Assembly: GCF_046119375.1 (NCBI RefSeq)
Contig: NW_027362773.1
Span: 211,916,001 to 211,980,000 of the forward strand
Source: Phyllobates terribilis
Lineage: Eukaryota
Direction of reading: 5' to 3'
Length of the DNA stretch: 64,000 bases
In this document: piece after piece, positions 49,301 to 61,254 of the stretch
How positions within the stretch are numbered: the stretch's first letter is position 1
Layout: each line of letters begins with the position of its first letter
Program-made: the position numbers and the translations under genes
The notes under the pieces: model-generated
The model's input: only the letters and a program-made list of their open reading frames with translations
Database searches by the model: none
What the model was told of the DNA's origin: nothing

Positions 49301-52300
49301 GCGAGCACATGGAGGGCTGTGCGGCCCTTCAAAGAAATGCCACCCCACACCATTACTGACCCACTGCCAAACTGGTCATGCTGAAGGATGTTGCAGGCAG
49401 CAGATCGCTCTCCACGGCGTCTCCAGACTCTGTCACGTCAGTCACATGTGCTCAGTGTGAACCTGCTTTCATCTGTGAAGAGCACAGGGCGCCAGTGGCG
49501 ACTTTGCCAATCCTGGTGTTCTGTGGCATTTCTTTGGAGCGCCGGTCATCTCCCGGCTGCATCGCCGCTGACCTCCGTGCAGCAGATGAGCCGCTAACGG
49601 CCGCCATCTTGTTCTGAAATCCCGCGTCGCTGACTGGCCGCTGCCGGACCAATCAGTGACGCGGGATTTCCTAGATGGACAGACAGACGGAATAAGCCGA
49701 TTATATAGTAGATTTTTAATTTTGTTTCAATAAAATTCATAGTTTTTAATTGATGGATCGCTTTGTTTCTCAGTATTTATTTTTTGGCTGGGGTATTCTT
49801 ATAGCCCACTATATACAGGGTGAGCCCCCACATAGACCCCGATATACAGTATGAGCCCCTGCATAGCCTCCTATATACAGTATATATAGTACAGACCAAA
49901 AGTTTGGACTCACCTTCTCATTTAAAGATTTTTCTGTATTTTCATGACTATGAAAATTGTACATTCACACTGAAGGCATCAAAACTATGAATTAACACAT
50001 GTGGAATTATATACTTAACAAAAAAGTGTGAAACAACTGAAAATATGTCTTATATTCTAGGTTCTTCAAAGTAGCCACCTTTTGCTTTGATGACTGCTTT
50101 GCACACTCTTGGCATTCTCTTGATGAGATTCAAGAGGTAGTCACCGGAAATGGTCTTCCAACAATCTTGAAGGAGTTCCCAGAGATGCTTAGCACTTGTT
50201 GGCCCTTTTGCCTTCACTCTGCGGTCCAGCTCACCCCAAACCATCTCGATTGGGTTCAGGTCTAGTGACTGTGGAGGCCAGGTCATCTGGCGTAGCACCC
50301 CATCTGTTATGTTCTGCTACCAGAGCTAAGGAAAGAGAGGAGATCTGTCCCTACGATAGAACTCAGCTTAATCCCTACGATGTAACAGGGAACCTGATCC
50401 TGCGATCAGACCTGCTAAAGTCCTAAGCTAGTCTGTACGGAGACCTATAGATGTGGGGAAGGAATCCCTACAAGTACTAAGGACTGGGAGGAATATGGGA
50501 CACCTCCTAACAGAAATAGTAGCAGACAGATGAACAAACAAAATATATAGAACATAGAGGTCAGTAGACCAAGCAAACTAACAGAGCAAGACACAGAGCA
50601 CAGGCTAGCTAGAAAGTAGATATACAATGAAGTCCAGCAAAGCCAGAAGGGCGGAGCAGGATTAAATAGGCCAACAAGGTCATGTGACCAGCAAAGGAAA
50701 AAAAACCTAAGAGCAAGGTTCTAACAGTACCCCCCCTTCTAAGAGGATCCTCCAGATCCCCTAGGACCAGGCTTATCAGGAAATCTCCTGTGAAACGCTC
50801 TGATAAGTCTGGACGCGGAAACATCATCCGACCTCACCCAAGAGTTATCCTCGGGACCGAAACCTTTCCAGGCCACAAGATACTGCAAACTACCTCTATA
50901 CCGTCTAGAGTTAAGGATGCGAGAAATTTCATATTCCCCGTCCTCCACCACCGGAGGAAAAGAGGCAGAGGCGTCACAATCCGATACAACAGCTTTTTTC
51001 AACAGAGACACATGAAATACCGGATTAATTCTCCAGGAGGTAGGAACCTCCAACCTAACAGCAGATTGGTTGACAACCTGAAGCACCTTAAAGGGCCCTA
51101 CAAACTTGGGACCCAATTTCTTTGAAGGAATCCTCAACCGCAGATTCCTAGAGGACAACCAAACCATGTCACCAACAGCGAACAAAACCTCCTGTCGTTT
51201 CCTATCAAAGTAGTCTTTAGATTTTCTGTTGGCCTCCTGAAGATTACCACGCACATCCGTCCAAACTCTCTCCAAATCACCGGAAAAATTCTCCTCCTCA
51301 GGCACGGCAGATCCCAACTTGGAGAACGACCCAAACGACGGATGTCTCCCAGAACAACAAAAAAAGGCGAACAACCAGCAGAAGAAGATGTATGATTGTT
51401 CAGAGCAAATTCAGCAAGTGGCAGAAACTCAGACCACCCCTCTTGATTGTCTGCCACAAAACAACGCAAGAACTGCTCAACATCCTGGTTTTTCCTTTCT
51501 GTCTGGCCATTAGATTCAGGATGATATCCGGACGAGAACGACAAATGAACTCCCAACCTATCACAAAAGGCACGCCAAAAACGAGCCACGAACTGAGGAC
51601 CCCTATCAGAAACAATGTCAGTAGGAACGCCATGAAGTCTGACAATTTCCTTGACAAAGGCCTTAGCGAGAGTTTTAGCGCAGGGCAGTTTGACGAAAGG
51701 AACCAAGTGACACATCTTGCTAAAACGGTCCACGACCACCCAGATGACAGTAAAACCCTCAGATGGGGGAAGGTCAGTTATAAAGTCCATAGCCAAATGT
51801 GTCCAAGGAGCACTGGGAACCTCCAAAGGACAAAGCAACCCCGCAGCAGGAGTATGTGAGGACTTAGATCTAGCACATATAGTACATTGACGCACCCACT
51901 TAATGACTTCCTTCTGCCATCCAGGCCACCAAAAACTGCGACCCACCAGTCTCTTGGTCTCAGAGATTCCGGGATGACCTGCCAACCGAGATTCGTGACA
52001 CTCAACAAACAAATCTCTCCTAAAGGTCCCAGGCACAAACAACCTCCCATGAGGAGTGTTAGAAGGGGCATTCTCCTGTGCTTTAAGAATCTCATTTTCC
52101 AAAACGGAGTCCAAAGCAGCTATCACAACACCTTCTTGTAAAATGTTCTCCTCTTTCTCAGCACCGACTATGGGAGAAAAACTGCGAGACAAGGCATCCG
52201 CCTTAACATTCTTAGTACCAGGGATGTAAGTAACGGAGAAATTAAACCGTGAGAAAAACAGTGCCCACCTAGCCTGACGGGCATTCAGGCGCTTGGCAGC

Positions 52301-55300
52301 ATCAAGATATATCAGATTTTTATGATCCGTAAGAACCTGAACGGGAAATTCCGCACCTTCCAAGAAGTGGCGCCAGTGTTCAAATGCGAGTTTAATAGCC
52401 AATAATTCCCGATTACCAATATCGTAATTCAGTTCAGTCTCCGAAAATTTTTTTGAAAAAAAGGCACAGGGATGTAATCCATCCCCGTTATCCTGAGACA
52501 ATACTGCGCCAACCCCCACAGAGGAAGCATCAACCTCAACCAAAAACGGCCTAGTAACATCAGGCTGCATAAGGATGGGAGCAGAGGTGAACCTCTCCTT
52601 GAGATACACAAAAGCTTCAATGGCCTCAGAAGACCACTGAACCGCATCAGCACCTTTCCTGGTGAGATCAGTCAGAGGTTTGACAATACTAGAAAAAATT
52701 TTTATGAATTTTCTATAGTAATTGGCGAAACCCAAAAACCTCTGTATCGATTTCAAACCAATAGGCCTAGGCCATTCCTGCACAGCCTGAACCTTAACCG
52801 GATCCATCTCAAAACCTTTGCTGGAGATAATGTAGCCCAAAAAACTAATTCTCTGTACAGCGAACTCACATTTCTCCAGCTTAGCAAAAAGCGAATTGTC
52901 CATTAATAACTGTAATACCTCACGCACGCTCCGCCAATGAGACTCCAGATCCGGCGAATAAATCAAAATGTCATCCAAATACACAACCACATTTTTACCG
53001 ATCAAAGGTCTAAGGATGTCATTAATCAGATTCTGAAAAAATGCAGGAGCATTAGTAAGACCAAAAGGCATAACCAGATTCTCAAAATGACCCACAGGAG
53101 TGTTAAAAGCAGTCTTCCATTCATCACCCTCCTTCATGCGCAACAGATTGTATGCCCCCTTAAGGTCAATTTTAGAGAACCACTTGGCCCCCATTAACTG
53201 GTTAAACAGATCAGGAATCAATGGCAGTGGGTAAGGATTGCGTACAGTAATTTTGTTAATCTCACGAAAATCCAGACAAGGATGTAAACTGCCGTCTTTT
53301 TTTTTTACAAAAAAAAATCCAACCGCCACAGGAGGCTTAGAGGGCCTAATGTGACCGGCGGCCAAACTTGTCTGTATGTATTCCTCCAAAGCCTTCCTCT
53401 CAGGAATAGTAAGGTTAAATAAACGACTTTTAGGAAGAGTCGCTCCAGGGACAAATTCAATAGAACAATCATAGTCTCTATGGGGAGGCAAAACCTGCGA
53501 TTCCTTCTCAGAAAAAAACTCTCCAAAAATCCTGAATAGGAACAGGCAATTCTCCCCTATCCAAAGCTGCAATACGCCCGTTACAACACTTGTCATAACA
53601 TTTATGGCTCCAGGATTTAATTTCACTGGTAGACCAATCCAGTACAGGATTGTGAAATTTTAACCAGGGCAATCCCAATATTACTGGAGAAGGCAAGTTA
53701 TTCAACACTACCAAATCCAATTTCTCATGGTGAACACCATTAATAGTGAGAGGAAATTCACAGACCTTGAGAGTAATATTCTTCAAAGGGGAACCATCCA
53801 CAGAAACCACAGCAATGGGGGATGATAAAGGTTCAGGTTTTAAATTGAGTCTTTCCACGAATCCCCCATCAATAACATTCAGAGTAGACCCACAATCGAC
53901 AAACACCCGAAATTCCATTAATTTTTCCTGAGCAATCGTGGAAGCAGCTAAAAATACACCCTTGGAATTTAAACAGGCAATACGGGCATGACTGACCATT
54001 TTTTTTTTCTTTCTTCATACGAAGCTCACAGCCTTTAATCAAATGACCAGATTTTCCGCAATAGAAACACAAGCCTTCAAAAAATCGACGGTCTTTTTCT
54101 TGAGAGCGAGGTGCCACCGATCCAATCTCCATCGGTTCACCACTGTTAGTACACACATTCTCATAACCAGAAACTGACATAGCAGAGGATTTGCTCTCAT
54201 TAACCCTTGCACGCAGTCTTCTATCCACCCGTATAGCTAATTGCATAGCCTGTTGCAAATCTTCAGGTGTAGGATAAGCAATTAGCAGGTCTTTAACCCT
54301 TTCACTGAGCCCAGCAAGAAATAGACTTTTCAGAGCAGAATCGTTCCACCCTGTTTGAGTAGACCAACGACGGAAATGAGTACAATATTTTTCCACATTA
54401 CCTGATCCCTGTTTTAAACGTCTCAACTCAGTCTCAGCTGATGCGACACGGTCAGGATCATCATATAATAGTCCCAAAGCAGAAAAAAAACTATCCACTG
54501 ATCTGAAGCATGTATCACTAGGTTGCAAAGAAAAGGCCCACTCCTGAGGCTCTTTGCGCAAAAGTGACATTATGAACCCTACGCGCTGGGATTCATCCCC
54601 AGAGGACTTAGGTCTCAAACGAAAATACAATAAACAAGCATTTTTGAATGAAAAAAATTCTCGGTGTTCACCAAAAAATAAATCCGGCAAACATACCTTA
54701 GGCTCCAAGAAATGTGCTCCAGGACAGTTACTCACGTGCTGACGGAGCTCGGCCACCTCCAGAGAGAGTCCCTGCAGGCGATGAACCAAATCCTGAACCG
54801 ACACCATGATGGAACAGAAAAATCTTTCCTTAGAGAATTTGCTGGCTGGACTTACTGTTATGTTCTGCTACCAGAGCTAAGGAAAGAGAGGAGATCTGTC
54901 CCTACGATAGAACTCAGCTTAATCCCTACGATGTAACAGGGAACCTGATCCTGCGATCAGACCTGCTAAAGCCCTAAGCTAGTCTGTACGGAGACCTATA
55001 GATGTGGGGAAGGAATCCCTACAAGTACTAAGGACTGGGAGGAATATGGGACACCTCCTAACAGAAATAGTAGCAGACAGACGAACAAACAAAATATATA
55101 GAACATAGAGGTCAGTAGACCAAGCAAACTAACAGAGCAAGACACAGAGCACAGGCTAGCTAGAAAGTAGATATACAATGAAGTCCAGCAAAGCCAGAAG
55201 GGCGGAGCAGGATTAAATAGGCCAACAAGGTCATGTGACCAGCAAAGGAAAAAAAACCTAAGAGCAAGGTTCTAACACCATCACTCTCCTACTTGGTCAA

Positions 55301-58300
55301 ATAGCCCTTACACAGCCTGGAGGTGTGTTTGGGGTCATTGTCCTATTGAAAAATAAATGATGGTCCAACTAAACGCAAACCGGATGGAATAGCATGCCGC
55401 TGCAAGATGCTGTGGTAGCCATGCAGGTTCAGTATGTCTTCAATTTTGAATAAATCCCCAACAGTGTCACCAGCAAAGCACCCCCACACCATCACACCTC
55501 CTCCTCCATGCTTCACGGTGGGAGCCAGGCATGTAGAGTCCATCCGTTCACCTTTTCTGCGACGCACAAAGACACGGTGATTGGAACCAAAGATCTCAAA
55601 TTTGGACTCCTCAGACCAAAGCACAGATTTCCACTGGTCTAATGTCCATTCCTTGTGTTCTTTAGCCCAAACAAATCTCTTCTGCTTGTTGCCTGTCCTT
55701 AGCAGTGGTTTCCTAGCAGCTATTTTACCATGAAGGCCTGCTGCATAAAGTCTCTTCTTAACAGTTGTTGTAGAGATGTCTGCTGCTAGAACTCTGTGTG
55801 GCATTGACCTGGCCTCTAATCTGAGCTGCTGTTAACCAGTGATTTCTGAGGCTGGTCACTCGAATAAACTTATCCTCAGAAGCAGAGGTGACTCTTGGTC
55901 TTCCTTTCCTGGGGTGGTCCTCATGTGAGCCAGTTTCTTTGTAGCGCTTGATGGTTTTTGCAACTGCACTTGGGGACACATTCAAAGTTTGCCCAATTTT
56001 TCGGACTGACTGACCTTCATTTCTTAAAGTAATGATGGCCACTCATTTTTCTTTACTTAGCTGCTTTTTTCTTGCCATAATACTAATTCTAACAGTCTAT
56101 TCAGTAGGACTATCAGTTGTGTATCCACCTGACTTCTGCACAACACAACTGATGGTCCCAACCCCATTTATAAGGCAAGAAATCCCACTTATGAAACCTG
56201 ACAGGGCACACCTGTGAAGTGAAAACCATTTCCGGTGACTACCTCTTGAAGCTCATCAAGAGAATGCCAAGAGTGTGCAAAGCAGTCATCAAAGCAAAAG
56301 GTGGCTAATTTGAAGAACCTAGAATATAAGACATATTTTCAGTTGTTTCACACTTTTTTGTTAAGTATATAATTCCACATGTGTTAATTCATAGTTTCTG
56401 ATGCCTTCAGTGTGAATGTACAATTTTCAAAGTCATGAAAATACCAAAAAATCTTTAAATGAGAAGGTGTGTCCAAACTTTTCGTCTGTACATATATTAT
56501 TATGTACGTAGTGTGAGCCAACGAATGGCCTCCTATATGTATAGTGTGAGCCCCCTATATACAAATGAAAAAAAACCAAAACGCATACTCCCCTCACTCC
56601 CGTTCCCCGGGTCCTCTGCTCCTGTCTCCTGTGCACCAACTCTTCACACAGCAGTCACAATGTAGTGATGTCATCACATCTGCTGTCTGTCGCACACACT
56701 GATTGGTCGAAGGAGTCGGCGGCTCCGTCCTCCACCAACGTATTCACCGCTGTCTGCATTCTGAGGATGGCGGTAACATCGGGACGATGGTGAGGACATG
56801 ATGCGGCCCTTGGGCTGCTGTTTGCCGCCCTTCGGCTGTCTCGGTCCGTGGTCTGGACTGGAACAGCCAGAGGGCCGCTTGTGGCCCATGGGCCTCACTT
56901 TGCCCAGGTCTGGTCAAGAATAATATATTAATGCAAACTCCCAGCTGTGATAAGTATTGTAGTTTTTCAGCTTTTGGGTGGAAGGTGGCCTCTATTCATA
57001 GGCAGCAAATGGTTTTCTCCCATCCTTCCCACTTCGACTACAGTTGTGCTCAACAGTTTACATACCCCGGCAGAATTTTTCCTTTCTTGGCCTTGTTTCG
57101 GAGAGTATGTATGATAACAACAAAAAAAAATTTTCTCCACTCATGGTTATTGGTTGGGTGAAGCCATTTATTGTCAAACTACTGTGTTTTTTCTTTTTAA
57201 ATCTTAATGACAACCAAAAACATCCAAATGACCCTGATCAAAAGTTCATATACCCTGGTGATTTTGGCCTGATAACATGCACAGAATTTGACACAAATGG
57301 GTTTGAATGGCTACTAAAGGTAACATCCTCACCTGTGACCTGTTTGCTTGTAATCAGTGTGTGTGCATAAAAGCTGAGCGAGTTTCTGGGATACAGACAG
57401 ACTCTTGCATCTTTCATCCAGCCACTGACGTTTCTGGATTGTGAGTCATGGGGAAAGCAAAAGAATTGTCAACGGATCTACGGGAAAAGGTAGTTGAACT
57501 GTATAACACAGGAAAGGGATACAAAAAAATATCCAAGGAATTGATAATGCCAGTCAGCAGTGTTCAAACTGTGATTAACAAATGGAAAATCAGGGGCTCT
57601 GTAAAAACCAAACCACGGTCAGGTAGACCAACAAAAATTCCGGCCACAACTGCCAGGAAAATTGTTTGGGATGCAATGAAAAACCCACAAATAACATCAG
57701 CTGAAATTCCGGACTCTCTGAAAACTAGCGGTGTGTCTGTTTCAAGATGCACATAAGGAGGCACTTGAAGAAAAATGGTTTGCATAGTCGAGTCGCCAGA
57801 AGAAAGCCATTACTGCGCAAATGGCACAAAGTATCTCGCCTACAATACGCCAAACTGCACAGACACAAGCCTCAAAACTTCTGGAACAATGTAATTTGGA
57901 GTGATGAGACCAAAATTGAACTTTTTAGCCACAACCATAAACGTTACATTCGGAGAGAGGTCAACAAGGCCTATGATGAAAGGAACACCATTCCCACAGT
58001 AAAGCACAGAGGTAGATTGCTGATGTTTTGGGGATGTGTGAGCTACTAAGGCACAGGAAATTTGGTGAAAGTTGAAGGAAAGATTTGCACTGATCAGCCC
58101 GGAAGCTGCGCATGGGACGTACTTGGACATTCCAACATGACAACGATCCAAAACACAAGACCAAGTTGACCTGTCATTGGCTACAGCAGAACAAAGTGAA
58201 GGCTCTGGAGTGGCCATCTCAGTCTCCTGACCTCAATATTGTTGAGCCACTCTGGGGAGATCTCAAGTGCGCAGTTCATGCTAGACAGCCCAGGAATTTA

Positions 58301-58843
58301 CAGGAGCTGGAGGCTTTTTGCCAAGAAGAATGGGCAGCTTTACCATCTGAGAAAATAAAAGAACCTCATCCACAACTACCAAAAAAGACTTCAAGCTGTC
58401 ATTAATGTTAGAATACACGGTATTAAGAATTGGGGTATGTGAACTTTTGATCAGGGTCATTTGGATGTTTTTGGTTGTCATTAAGATTTAAAAAGAGAAA
58501 ACACAGCAGTTTGACAGTAAATGGCTTCACCCAACCAATAACCATGAGTGGAGAGAGAGTTTTTTTTTGTTCTGTCATATTCTCTGAAACAAGGCCAAGA
58601 AAGCAAAACTTCTGCCGGGGTATGGAAACTTTTGAGCACAACTGTATGGTGGTTGATGAAAGAGACCTTGTGTACTGACCCTCATTATTTTCATTCCCAG
58701 ATCTCTCAGGATGATGGACGGGCTTTATGGCATGCTATGCTTGCCGTTGTTTCCCAGAAGGATTTTCTTCTCTTTGAGGCAATGCCCAAGACTCGAGAAG
58801 AGTGGCTACACCCCAAGCAGAAGCTGCCCCTTATCTCCACAAG
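37365..58843 (+). CDS. SNTB2: Beta-2-syntrophin, exons 1-4 (37365..37908,47341..47542,47657..47852,58701..58843); 3' exons lie beyond the window
   Basis: N-terminus [16 protein letters not shown], split PH domain, and PDZ domain ([21 protein letters not shown]...[31 protein letters not shown]). Exon phases are consistent and the gene is syntenic with UTP4. Confidence 0.94.
38790..39865. repeat. 86-bp tandem repeat, about 12-13 copies, in SNTB2 intron 1
   Basis: The period is read from repeated ORF starts at 39098, 39184, 39270 and 39356. One related unit lies near 58915. Confidence 0.95.
45382..46382 (-). mobile_element. L2-clade LINE 3' fragment
   Basis: RT C-terminal remnant ([14 protein letters not shown]...SPPYISDL) and a 3' tail ending GCGCTATAACAATAAATAATAATAA. 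Confidence 0.85.
48519..48557 (+). ncRNA. Degenerate minimal type I hammerhead motif (U4G)
   Basis: GCCCC CGGAAGA AGCTGGCAGC GAAA CGCGCG TC GGGGT: stem I CCCC/GGGG, stem II GCT/AGC, palindromic stem III. Confidence 0.55.
48643..49528 (-). mobile_element. Tc1 family B, 3' half only
   Basis: TA|CACTGCTCAAAAAAATAAAGGG end; C-terminal transposase with QDNARPH...SPDLNPIEH (34 residues between D and E). Confidence 0.9.
49529..49712 (-). mobile_element. Possible Helitron/Helentron-derived non-autonomous fragment (5' end)
   Basis: Minus strand starts TCTACTATATAAT, followed by a (GTCT)n tract; inserted in an AT context. The family assignment is from pattern recall. Confidence 0.45.
50739..53999 (-). 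pseudogene. Gypsy Pol (PR-RT-RH-IN-chromodomain) in three frames
   Basis: ORFs 53508..53999, 51134..53626 and 50739..51374; chromodomain [33 protein letters not shown]. Confidence 0.92.
53869..54807 (-). CDS. Gypsy Gag (retrotransposon gag domain plus zinc knuckle [14 protein letters not shown])
   Basis: [12 protein letters not shown]...[10 protein letters not shown]...EWAF resembles sushi/PEG10-type capsid. Confidence 0.9.
   Translation of the reverse strand: MVSVQDLVHRLQGLSLEVAELRQHVSNCPGAHFLEPKVCLPDLFFGEHREFFSFKNACLLYFRLRPKSSGDESQRVGFIMSLLRKEPQEWAFSLQPSDTCFRSVDSFFSALGLLYDDPDRVASAETELRRLKQGSGNVEKYCTHFRRWSTQTGWNDSALKSLFLAGLSERVKDLLIAYPTPEDLQQAMQLAIRVDRRLRARVNESKSSAMSVSGYENVCTNSGEPMEIGSVAPRSQEKDRRFFEGLCFYCGKSGHLIKGCELRMKKEKKNGQSCPYCLFKFQGCIFSCFHDCSGKINGISGVCRLWVYSECY
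57041..58644 (+). mobile_element. Tc1 family C (IR-DR, Sleeping Beauty/Frog Prince-like architecture), decayed transposase
   Basis: TA-flanked ITRs of about 210 bp, CAGTTGTGCTC...GAGCACAACTG, with an internally repeated AAAAGTT.A.ATACCC motif; [35 protein letters not shown]. Confidence 0.93.
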
Positions 58844-59118
58844 GTAATATTCATAAAAATTTAGCTTTGGAAGCACATTGAATTCTTTATCTTAATCTTT
58901 GTTACAGCATGTGTACTTCAGAGCTGCATTCACAATTCTGCTGGTTTCTGGCATTGGAAACCATTGACATGACTTAACAGTGCCTGATGTAAAGTGCTCT
59001 GTGCAGATACTGAATAAGATAGGAATGTTGGGAGATTTCTGCTCTGAAGCGTGCAGATTTGTTAATGCAGCTCTGGGCTAGAATAGAGGTTAAGACTCTG
59101 CACAAGATAAGTAATGTA

Positions 59119-60696
59119 CAGTGGCTTGCAAAAGTATTCACCACCACCCCCTTCTTGGCATTCTTCACGTTTTCCTACCTCACAACCTGGAATTTCACTG
59201 TTGTTTTTGAGGGTTTGCATCATTCATGTAAGGAACATGGCGACAACTGTGAACATTTGGTTTTCTTTTTTTGTGAAGCAAACAACAATAGGATAAAAGA
59301 ACTGAAAATTTCAGTGTGCATAACTATTCACCCCCCTAAAGTCAGTACTTTGTAGAGCCTCCTTTTATGGCAATTACAGGTGCAAGCCACTTTCGATAAG
59401 TCTCTGTGAGCTTTCCACATCTGGCCACTGGGATTCTTGCCCGTTCCTCAAGGCAAAACTGCTCCAGCTCCTTCAAGTTAGGTGGATTCCTTTGGTGAAC
59501 AGCAATCTTCAGGTCTGACCACAGACCACTCCAAAACATTTACACATTTCCCCTTAATCCACTCAAGTGTTGCTTTAGCAGTATGCTTTGGGTCATTGTC
59601 TTGTTGGAAGGTGAACCTCCGTCCCAGTTTCAAGTCACTGACAGACTGAAACAGGCTTTGCTTCAGAATATCCCTGTATTTTGCACCATCCATTTTCCCT
59701 GTTCGTGCTGCCGAAAAACATCCCCACAGCATGATGCTGCCACCACTATGTTTTATTCTGGGGATGGTGTTCTTGGGTGATGAGCTGTGTTTGTTTGACG
59801 CCAGACATAGACTACATAGGTGGCCAGAAAGTTCAATTTTGGTCTCATCTGACCACAGCAGCTTCTTCCATACATTTGGGGAGTCTCCCACATGTGTTTT
59901 GGCAAACTCAAAACGAGGCTTACATTTTTTGTATGTAAAGTAAAGGCTTTTTCTGTCCACTTTTCCATAAAGGCTGCCTCTATGGAGTGTACGGCTCATT
60001 GTGGTCGTATGGACAGATACTCCAGTCTTTGCTTGGGAACTCTGCTCCTTCAGGGTGGTTACATTATGGTCTCTGTGCTGCCTCTCTGATTAATGCCCTC
60101 CTTGCCTGGGCTGAGAGTTTTGGTGGGCGGCCCTCTGCAGGTTTGTTGCGGTTCCATGATCTTTCCATTTGATGGCAATGGATTTGATGGTACTTCGGGG
60201 ATCATCAGAGATTGGGATATTTTTTTAGAACCCAACCCTGACTTGTACTTCTCAACATTTTTGTCCCTGACTTGTTTGGAGATCTCCTTGGTCTTCATGG
60301 TGGTGTTTGGTTAGTGGTGCCTCTTGCGTAACGGTGTTGTAGCCTCTGTAGCCTTTTAGAAATGGTAAAGTGTATATACTGACAGACATGTGACACGTAG
60401 CCTGCACTCAGGTGGACGTCCTGTCACTAAACATGTGACTTATGAAGGGAATTGCTTGCACCAGAGATTTTTAGGGGCTTCATAGTAAAAGGTGTGAATA
60501 CATATACACATGCCAATTTTAAATTATTTGATCCCATAAATTTAATTTATGCCTATATTTTTCTTACTTCACGAACCTAGACTATTTAGTGCTGATGCAT
60601 CACACACAAATCGGATTACGAAAATATTTATACACCGGTTGTAATGTAACAAAATAGGTAAAAAGCCAAGGGGGTGAATACTTTCTCAAGCCACTG
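59119..60696 (-). mobile_element. Tc1 family D (Passport/Eagle-like), decayed
   Basis: TA|CAGTGGCTTGCAAAAGTATTCACC...GGTGAATACTTTCTCAAGCCACTG|TA; MKTKEISKQVRDK..., [23 protein letters not shown]. The family name is from recalled similarity only. Confidence 0.88.
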
Positions 60697-61254
60697 TATG
60701 TATTTATGAAGTTGCACAACTTTATATGTAGAATAAACTTGAATCTAAGTGCTATTTAGAAGTAGACCTGCCCTTTTAACTGAAAGGCTAAATTACCATT
60801 AATGGCAGTCGAACCCCCAGCAATTCTGAGAACTGGGCTCTGCAGAGCTGTCTTGAATGCAGCAGAGGAGCACATGCTAGATGTCTGCTCTATTCATTGT
60901 CTATGGGACTGCTGGAAATAGCAGAGCGCTGTCCTCTGCTTTCTCCAGGAGTCTTATAGACAATGAATGGAGCGGCGGCCCATCGCTTACTGACCACTCG
61001 GACCCCCAGCGATCAGTAAGATATTGTTCATTCTCTACTTATGTTTTGTGTTTGCCCACGATTTGAGTTTATAAAGATGGCAGCTGTCATGTTTTTGGTT
61101 GTCAGATGGAATTGACATAAAAGGGTTGTCCACTACTAGAAAAACTCTTATTAATGGACCTATGGAGGTGAAAAATATTTTTTAAAAACTTAAACTCTCA
61201 CCTCCTGACCGGCGCCGCTGGTCCGTCTGCTGGGTTCAATATCCGACATGTGAG

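Larger units (their letters stand above)
50305..55277 (-). mobile_element. Ty3/Gypsy chromovirus (Tf1/sushi-like) LTR retrotransposon, full length
   Basis: 422-bp LTRs (50305..50726, 54856..55277) with TG...CA ends and 2 substitutions by my alignment; 5-bp TSD CCATC; PPT AGAAGGGGGGG at 50730-50740. Gag with CCHC knuckle, protease (FVDCGS), RT (YLDD), RNase H, integrase (HHCC, DDE) and chromodomain. Confidence 0.97.
49887..56491 (-). mobile_element. Tc1 family A, copy 3, split by the Gypsy element (49887..50304 and 55278..56491)
   Basis: Same ITR and transposase as copies 1 and 2; the two halves join seamlessly across the CCATC duplication. Confidence 0.94.
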
